Assembly (NCBI GenBank): GCA_963731625.1
Contig: CAVSWH010000023.1
Location: 17,430-81,429, forward strand
Direction: 5' to 3'
Length of the DNA: 64,000 nucleotides
Origin: an uncultured Actinomycetes bacterium
GTDB taxonomy: Bacteria; Actinomycetota; Acidimicrobiia; IMCC26256; PALSA-555
The stretch's first letter is position 1, and each line of letters starts with the position of its first letter. The position numbers and the translations under genes were made by a program. The notes under the pieces are model-generated. The model did not search any database. It saw nothing but the letters and a program-made list of their open reading frames with translations, and was not told the DNA's origin. Positions 58,767-64,000 of this stretch are shown one piece after another.

Positions 58767-59631
58767 AGCTCTCGGGCTCGTCGGGCTGACGGGACGGGAC
58801 GACGGCCGTCGTGAGGTCGTCGCCGACGACGACGCGGCCGGAGAAGTGCGCAGCCGCGAGCGCTCGCCACGTGTCCTCGTCACCGGGTGCCGGTGCGGGG
58901 ACGTAGTGGGTGAGCATGAGGGTGCGGACGCCCGCCTGCTGGGCCGTCTGGGCGGCCTGCTCGACGGTCGAGTGATAGTCGAGGATGTCCTGGAGTCGTG
59001 GGTTCGGGAGTGGCCGGATCAGGTCGTCGCGCAGGACGGTCTGCACGTAGATGTCGGCGTCCCGGCACATCGCATCGACGCCGGCGCACGGGAGCGTGTC
59101 GCCCGCCAACGCGGCGATCGCGCCGGCGTGTTCGATTCGGTAGCCGATGGTCGGCGCGACGGGGCGGTGGTCGGTCTCGAACGCCGTGACGGTCGCGTCA
59201 CCGATGGTCAGCGACTGGCCGGGCGCGAGCTCGGTGGTCTGCACGTCCGGTGGGTCGTTGAGGTCGTCGTGGTGCGCGATCCGGTAGTGCTGGTCGGGCC
59301 CGAGCATGGCGAGCACGGCGTCGACGACGGCCTGCGTGCCCGGCGGACCGATGACCACCAGGGGCGTCGGCGTGGCCGCCATGATCCAGTGCGTCGTGAC
59401 GACATCGTTGAGGTCGGTGATGTGGTCGCTGTGGAGGTGCGTGAGCAGCACGGCTGACAGCTGGATCGGGAACACGCCGGCTGCGGCGAGACGCATGACG
59501 ACGCCGCGCCCGCAGTCGATCAGGAGGTTCGTGCTCCCCGCCCGCACGAGGGTCGCCGCGCCCGCGCGATCGGGATGCGGGATCGGCGTGCCGGTGCCGA
59601 GCAGCGTGACCTCGAGACGCGTGTCGCTCAC
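58765..59631 (-). CDS. RNase Z/AtsA-like metallo-beta-lactamase hydrolase
   Basis: LLGTG.P, IDCG, THLHSDH, AGDT, YHS and LTHY motifs. Confidence 0.9.
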   Translation of the reverse strand: MSDTRLEVTLLGTGTPIPHPDRAGAATLVRAGSTNLLIDCGRGVVMRLAAAGVFPIQLSAVLLTHLHSDHITDLNDVVTTHWIMAATPTPLVVIGPPGTQAVVDAVLAMLGPDQHYRIAHHDDLNDPPDVQTTELAPGQSLTIGDATVTAFETDHRPVAPTIGYRIEHAGAIAALAGDTLPCAGVDAMCRDADIYVQTVLRDDLIRPLPNPRLQDILDYHSTVEQAAQTAQQAGVRTLMLTHYVPAPAPGDEDTWRALAAAHFSGRVVVGDDLTTAVVPSRQPDEPES

Positions 59632-59774
59632 GTCGGCGTCGTCACGGTGATCGGGGTCGACCGCTTGGTGCTCCCCAACCGGGTCCACATTCGGCGCACC
59701 CTAATCACCGAGGAGACCGCGTTGCGGCGACGAGGGCGGTCACCGCGACGGTCGCACCCGCGCTCGGCGAGGCC

Positions 59775-60071
59775 TTAGGCGGGGCCTTCCTCCATGACGT
59801 CGAGGTTGCGGAACGACGGCGCGCCTTCGGCGAGCTTCATCATCTCCCTTGAGATCTCCTGGGTCTCGGCCAGGTCGTTGTTGCGCATCGCAGCTTCGTA
59901 GGACGGGAACTCGATGATCCAGAGGTAGGTCTCGGGCTTGTCCCGATCCAACGTCTTCATCACCGACGTCGCGGTCCGCTTGCCCTCGGTCGCTTTCTCC
60001 CATCTGGCGTCGAGCTCGAGCATGGCGTCCAGGTTGGTGGTCTTGAACTCGAGGATCTGTACGAACTTCAT
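59775..60071 (-). CDS. Small dimeric alpha/beta-barrel hypothetical protein
   Basis: FVQI.EF, DRD....Y..I.EFPSYE.AM.N and F.NLDV pattern; GAAGGG RBS. Confidence 0.75.
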   Translation of the reverse strand: MKFVQILEFKTTNLDAMLELDARWEKATEGKRTATSVMKTLDRDKPETYLWIIEFPSYEAAMRNNDLAETQEISREMMKLAEGAPSFRNLDVMEEGPA

Positions 60072-60260
60072 CGCTGGTCCCTTCGACTCCCGGCGCGCGG
60101 TCGTTCCACCTTTGTCGTTCTCCCGTTGGAGGCGCAAGGGGCGGCGCCGTGTCGAACGCCCGACCGGGCTGGCACCGAGGGCGACCCGGGTGCCGCGAGG
60201 GGCGGCTCCCGCGGGACGGTCACCCGGATCACCGGCGGGCGCTGCATAGGCTCGGCGTCC

Positions 60261-60809
60261 ATGAAGCGGTCCGTGTGGCTGGGCGTCGTGATGGTCGGAC
60301 TCGTGCTCGTCATCTGGTCGTCCCGTGCCGAGGCGAGCACGACCATCGCGGCGAACTCGAGCGTCGTGACCAACACGGTCAAGAACACGTTCCTGGTGCA
60401 TCCGTCGAGCCCCAACGCCACACAGGTGAACTGTCCGAGCAAGCAGGTGAAGGCGTTCGATCGCTTCACCTGCACGGCGATCGTCGACGGGCTCAAGGTG
60501 CCGGTCGCCGTGCAGGTGCTCGACACGGTCCCGTTGACGGTCAACGCCACGCCGCAGAAGGCGGTGCTGAGCCTCGACCGCTCGGAGGGTGCGCTGGAAG
60601 GTCGCTACTTCGAGCGCACCGGTGTCGCCGTGAGCGCCGTGTGCCCCGGCGGATCGAAGAGCCGATACATGCTCGTCAATCCCGGCACGACGATCACCTG
60701 CAACCTGATCGGCGCGAACGGACCAGTCGGGACCGGCAGCGTGACCGCCACCGACTTCGGCGGCGGCTACGCGTCGAGCATCCTGCCGTCGGTGGCGCGC
60801 ACCCCCTGA
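60261..60809 (+). CDS. Secreted DUF4333-like protein
   Basis: Signal peptide; two V.CP...(F/I)TC repeats. Confidence 0.7.
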   Translation: MKRSVWLGVVMVGLVLVIWSSRAEASTTIAANSSVVTNTVKNTFLVHPSSPNATQVNCPSKQVKAFDRFTCTAIVDGLKVPVAVQVLDTVPLTVNATPQKAVLSLDRSEGALEGRYFERTGVAVSAVCPGGSKSRYMLVNPGTTITCNLIGANGPVGTGSVTATDFGGGYASSILPSVARTP

Positions 60810-60866
60810 GCGCCTCGCGGGCCGGCCATGCGCCAGGCGCGCTCGCCCGACCTCGTCGCCCGAGCG

Positions 60867-61334
60867 TCAGAGCGAGTCGAGGACCGACAGCACCGCCTCA
60901 TTGGACGGGATGTTCCACTGCTGTGCGCCGACGTCACCGAAGCGGACGACGCCGGTCGCATCGATGACGAAGAGCGCCGGTCGCTGCCCGAGTGACAGGA
61001 GCCGGCTCGCGGCGTCGTACGCGTCAAAGACCTGGTGGTCCTCGTCGATCAGCGTCGGGAACGGCAACGGATGCGAGCGGAGGTACCCGTCGGAGCGAGC
61101 CGCGGGCTCCGCGGAGATCGCCAGGATCTCGGCGCCGTGGGCCTTGAACTGCTCGTAGTCGTCACGCAACTGCGTGAGGTGCCGACGGCAGAACGGTCAG
61201 GCGTAGCCCCGGAGGAACGCCAGGACGACCGGTCGTCCCCGGTAGGCGGACAGGCTGACCGTGCCGTTGCCCGACTGCGGCAGCGTGAAGTCGGGCGCCG
61301 CTTCGCCGACCGGGGCCTTGAGGCTCTCGCTCAT
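60867..61334 (-). CDS. Selenocysteine-containing AhpC/TSA (peroxiredoxin-like) protein, U46
   Basis: ATG at 61334 gives GEAAPDFTL...LSAYRGRPVVLAFLRGYA-TGA-PFCRRHL, continuing in frame into the 60867 ORF (UxxC). Confidence 0.88.
61158..61186 (-). promoter_or_regulatory. Putative bacterial SECIS hairpin
   Basis: mRNA GUCG-GCACC-UCACGC-AGUU-GCGUGA-CGAC; apical loop 25 nt after the UGA, with G in loop position 2. Confidence 0.65.
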
Positions 61335-61494
61335 CGACCGCGATCGTACCGACGCCACTCGGGGCGGCCGGTCGGCGGCTTAAGGCGGAACGAACATCTG
61401 CCGACGACGATCCAAAGAGAGCCGGTCTGACCGGGCGGGCGCTCCGAACGGGCGCCACGCTGAGGAGCCCGGTCCTGCTTGCCACGGCACACCC

Positions 61495-62658
61495 ATGCGA
61501 CGCGCCACCCATCCGAAGCCGAGCTTCCTGGTCGCGACCGTCGTCGTGGGGATGGTCGCGGCGGCCAGCTGCGGGGGTGCGGGGGGACCGACCCGAGCGG
61601 CCGGGCCGTTGGGCCGGATCGCCACGGTCCGGTCCTCGCCGCCGCCGACCTGCCCGTCGACCTCATGGTCGACGGATCGGAAGGTGGCCGAGCTGGTCGC
61701 CGTCCCGGCCCAGGAGGACGACCTCGCCCAGGTGTCGCCGTCGGTGCAGGGCGGCGCGGGCGCGCTCGTCCTCTTCGGCACGGCGGCGCCGGCGAACCTC
61801 GCGGCGCAGCTCGCCTCGCTGCGTGCGCAGGCCGTCGATGGCGTGGCGCCGCTCGTGATGGTCGACGAAGAGGGTGGTGACATCCAGCGTCTGCGCAACC
61901 TCGTGGGCGCGCAGGCGTCGCCGAGAGACCTCGCCGCCACGAAGAGCCCGCCGGCGGTGGAGCTGACGGCCGCGGCGCTCGGTCAGGCGCTCCGCGCGCT
62001 CGACATCCAGGTCGACCTGGCACCGGTGCTCGATCTCGACGCCGGCCCGGGACCGTCGTATGCGTCGCCGGTGGGAAGCCGGTCGTTCAGCGTCGATCCC
62101 GGTGTCGCGTCGACGTACGGCGTCGCGTTCGCCAACGGGCTCGAGGCCGGCGGCGTCCTGCCGGTGGTCAAGGCGTTTCCCGGCGAGGGGACCCAGACGA
62201 CCAACGGCGACTACGGCGCGGCGGTGACCCAGCCGTTCTCGGCGCTGCAGCGGCGCGGGGATCTGCAACCGTTCGCGGCGGCGATCGCCGCCGGCGTCCC
62301 GGCCGTGATGGTCGCCAACGAGACGGTGCCGGGCCTGACCCTCGTTCCCGCGACGCTGTCCCCGCAGGTGATCACCGGGCTGCTCCGGGGCCAGCTCGGC
62401 TTCCACGGACTCGTCGTCACGGACTCGCTCTCGGCGGCCACGGTGTCGCACGCGGGGTACTCGGTGCCCGACGCGGCGCTCGCCGCGATCAACGCAGGCG
62501 CGGACCTGGTGCTGTTCACCGCGACCAACCCGAACGCGACGTTCCTGGCGGTCGTCGCCCGGCTCGCGGCGGCGGTCGGCACCGGTCAGCTCCCCGAGCA
62601 GCGTCTGGACGACGCCGTCGCCCACGTCCTGCACGCCCAGGGCGTCGCCGGCTGCTGA
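61495..62658 (+). CDS. GH3 N-terminal (NagZ-like) lipoprotein with altered active-site motif
   Basis: Lipobox AASC; VDEEGG.IQRL, APVLD, RSFS and VTDSL motifs. KHFPGHG is replaced by KAFPGEG. Confidence 0.85.
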   Translation: MRRATHPKPSFLVATVVVGMVAAASCGGAGGPTRAAGPLGRIATVRSSPPPTCPSTSWSTDRKVAELVAVPAQEDDLAQVSPSVQGGAGALVLFGTAAPANLAAQLASLRAQAVDGVAPLVMVDEEGGDIQRLRNLVGAQASPRDLAATKSPPAVELTAAALGQALRALDIQVDLAPVLDLDAGPGPSYASPVGSRSFSVDPGVASTYGVAFANGLEAGGVLPVVKAFPGEGTQTTNGDYGAAVTQPFSALQRRGDLQPFAAAIAAGVPAVMVANETVPGLTLVPATLSPQVITGLLRGQLGFHGLVVTDSLSAATVSHAGYSVPDAALAAINAGADLVLFTATNPNATFLAVVARLAAAVGTGQLPEQRLDDAVAHVLHAQGVAGC

Positions 62659-62744
62659 GCCCGCCGCAGCCGGCGGGCCACGCACCGGTTGCGATCGGCC
62701 GCACCGCCTGCGTCAATACACCTGATGGCTGAGCGAGAGGAGCG

Positions 62745-63068
62745 GTGATGCCGAAGTACCTGGTGCAGGCGTCCTACACCCCGGAGGGACTGCAGGGCGT
62801 GCGCAAGGAGGGCGGCACGGGACGCCGGACCGCGACCCGGAAGCTGATCGAGGGGCTCGGTGGGCAGATGGAGTCCTTCTACTTCGCGTTCGGGACCGAC
62901 GACGTGATCATCGTCGCTGATCTGCCCGACAACCGGACGGCGGCCGCGGTCGGCCTCGCCGTTAACGCCGACGGGCACATCCGCTCGCGGACCACCGTGC
63001 TCATCACACCCGAGGAGCTCGACGACGCGGCGAAGACCTCGGTCAACTTCCACGCGCCCGGCACGTAA
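62745..63068 (+). CDS. GYD domain protein
   Basis: YL....YT.EG..G and GG..ES.YFAFG..D pattern. Confidence 0.85.
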   Translation: MMPKYLVQASYTPEGLQGVRKEGGTGRRTATRKLIEGLGGQMESFYFAFGTDDVIIVADLPDNRTAAAVGLAVNADGHIRSRTTVLITPEELDDAAKTSVNFHAPGT

Positions 63069-63101
63069 GGCGCACCCGGTCGGGAACTGAGCGTCCGCGC
63101 C

Positions 63102-64000
63102 TCAGCGACCGAACCAGCGGCGGACCCGGGTGGACCCGAACTCGACCTTGTCGGCGACGAGCGCCGCCGACGGGCCTTCGAGCGCGCCGCGCGGCGCCTC
63201 ACCGCTGAGGAAGTCGACCTCGACCTTCGCCACCTGGTCGTGCCCGAACTCGAGATAGCAGACACCGTGCCCGTCGTATTCCATCGACGTGGACTCGCCT
63301 CGGATGCGCGCGATGAGGTGCTGCGCGACGACCGCGGCCTGGCCTTCGGCGAACCATCCCGCCTTCGGGGTTCCGACGCTCGTGACGTCGCCGATGGCGT
63401 ACACGTCCGGATAGGTGGTCTCGAGGTTCAGCGGGTTGACCGGGATCCAACCGTCGACGGTCATGCCGGACTTCACGACGACCTCGGGCGCCCGGTGCTT
63501 CGGGACGCCGAGGAAGAGGTCGTAGGCCAGCTCGGTCCCCTCTCCGAGGACCACGACGTGCCGGGCACCGTCGAGCCGCTGGACCGTGCTGTCGGGGAAC
63601 CACGCGATGCCCCGCTCGGCGAACGTCGCGAGGAGTGCCTTCGAGGCGTCGGGCGACGGCGGGATCGGGACGCCCATCGGCATCACGAGCGAGATCTCGG
63701 AGCGCCCCCGGATCCCACGCTGCGTGAGGAATTCGTCCATGAGCAGCGCGGCCTCGCTCGGAGCCGGCGGGCACTTGAACGGCGTCGACGTCACGGCGAC
63801 GATCACGCGACCCCCGCCAAAGTCGGCGAGCACGTCGCGGAGCGCGAACGCGCCCGGCACCGTGTAGAACTCGTTGCCGGCCTCGACGAGCCCCGGCGTC
63901 GCGCTCGGGTCGAGGTCGGCGCCGAGTGCGACGACGAGCACATCGGCTTCGAAGGGTCCCGCGTCGGTCTCGACCCGTCGTGTGGCGGGGTCGATGGAGC
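63102..64000 (-). CDS. Sulfide:quinone-oxidoreductase-like FAD-dependent oxidoreductase (5' partial)
   Basis: LVVALGA, FKCPPAP.E, VYAIGDV, PKAG.FA and G.CYLE.G motifs. Confidence 0.85.
   Translation of the reverse strand, partial: SIDPATRRVETDAGPFEADVLVVALGADLDPSATPGLVEAGNEFYTVPGAFALRDVLADFGGGRVIVAVTSTPFKCPPAPSEAALLMDEFLTQRGIRGRSEISLVMPMGVPIPPSPDASKALLATFAERGIAWFPDSTVQRLDGARHVVVLGEGTELAYDLFLGVPKHRAPEVVVKSGMTVDGWIPVNPLNLETTYPDVYAIGDVTSVGTPKAGWFAEGQAAVVAQHLIARIRGESTSMEYDGHGVCYLEFGHDQVAKVEVDFLSGEAPRGALEGPSAALVADKVEFGSTRVRRWFGR

Overview
A high-GC (~70%) actinobacterial window. An Acidimicrobiia-like origin is inferred from the F420-type luciferase-like enzymes, a mycothiol-type PIG-L deacetylase and an LAxTG sortase substrate. 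It holds about 57 mostly unrelated genes on both strands. I found no rRNA, tRNA, CRISPR array, transposase or integrase. Four features stand out. (1) About 36 copies (13 perfect) of a 27-bp intergenic palindrome, GACTCGCG-N11-CGCGAGTC, with a near-fixed spacer length. They separate almost every gene between 13 and 36 kb, sometimes pair through a 15-bp linker, and abut truncated genes, which suggests a cassette or recombination system or a new REP family. (2) Four secreted proteins from three unrelated families end exactly in xxFTG-stop, a sortase-like motif with no membrane anchor, while a chaplin-like protein keeps the full LAFTG-TM-RRR signal. (3) A peroxiredoxin-like selenoprotein with an in-frame TGA (UxxC) and a SECIS-like hairpin, missed by the ORF track. 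(4) A queD-queC-GT9-propeller operon converging on TrxB-like and DUF4254 genes. Four genes carry single +1 frameshifts, probably sequencing errors. All family calls are from motif recognition by eye; no database search was run.
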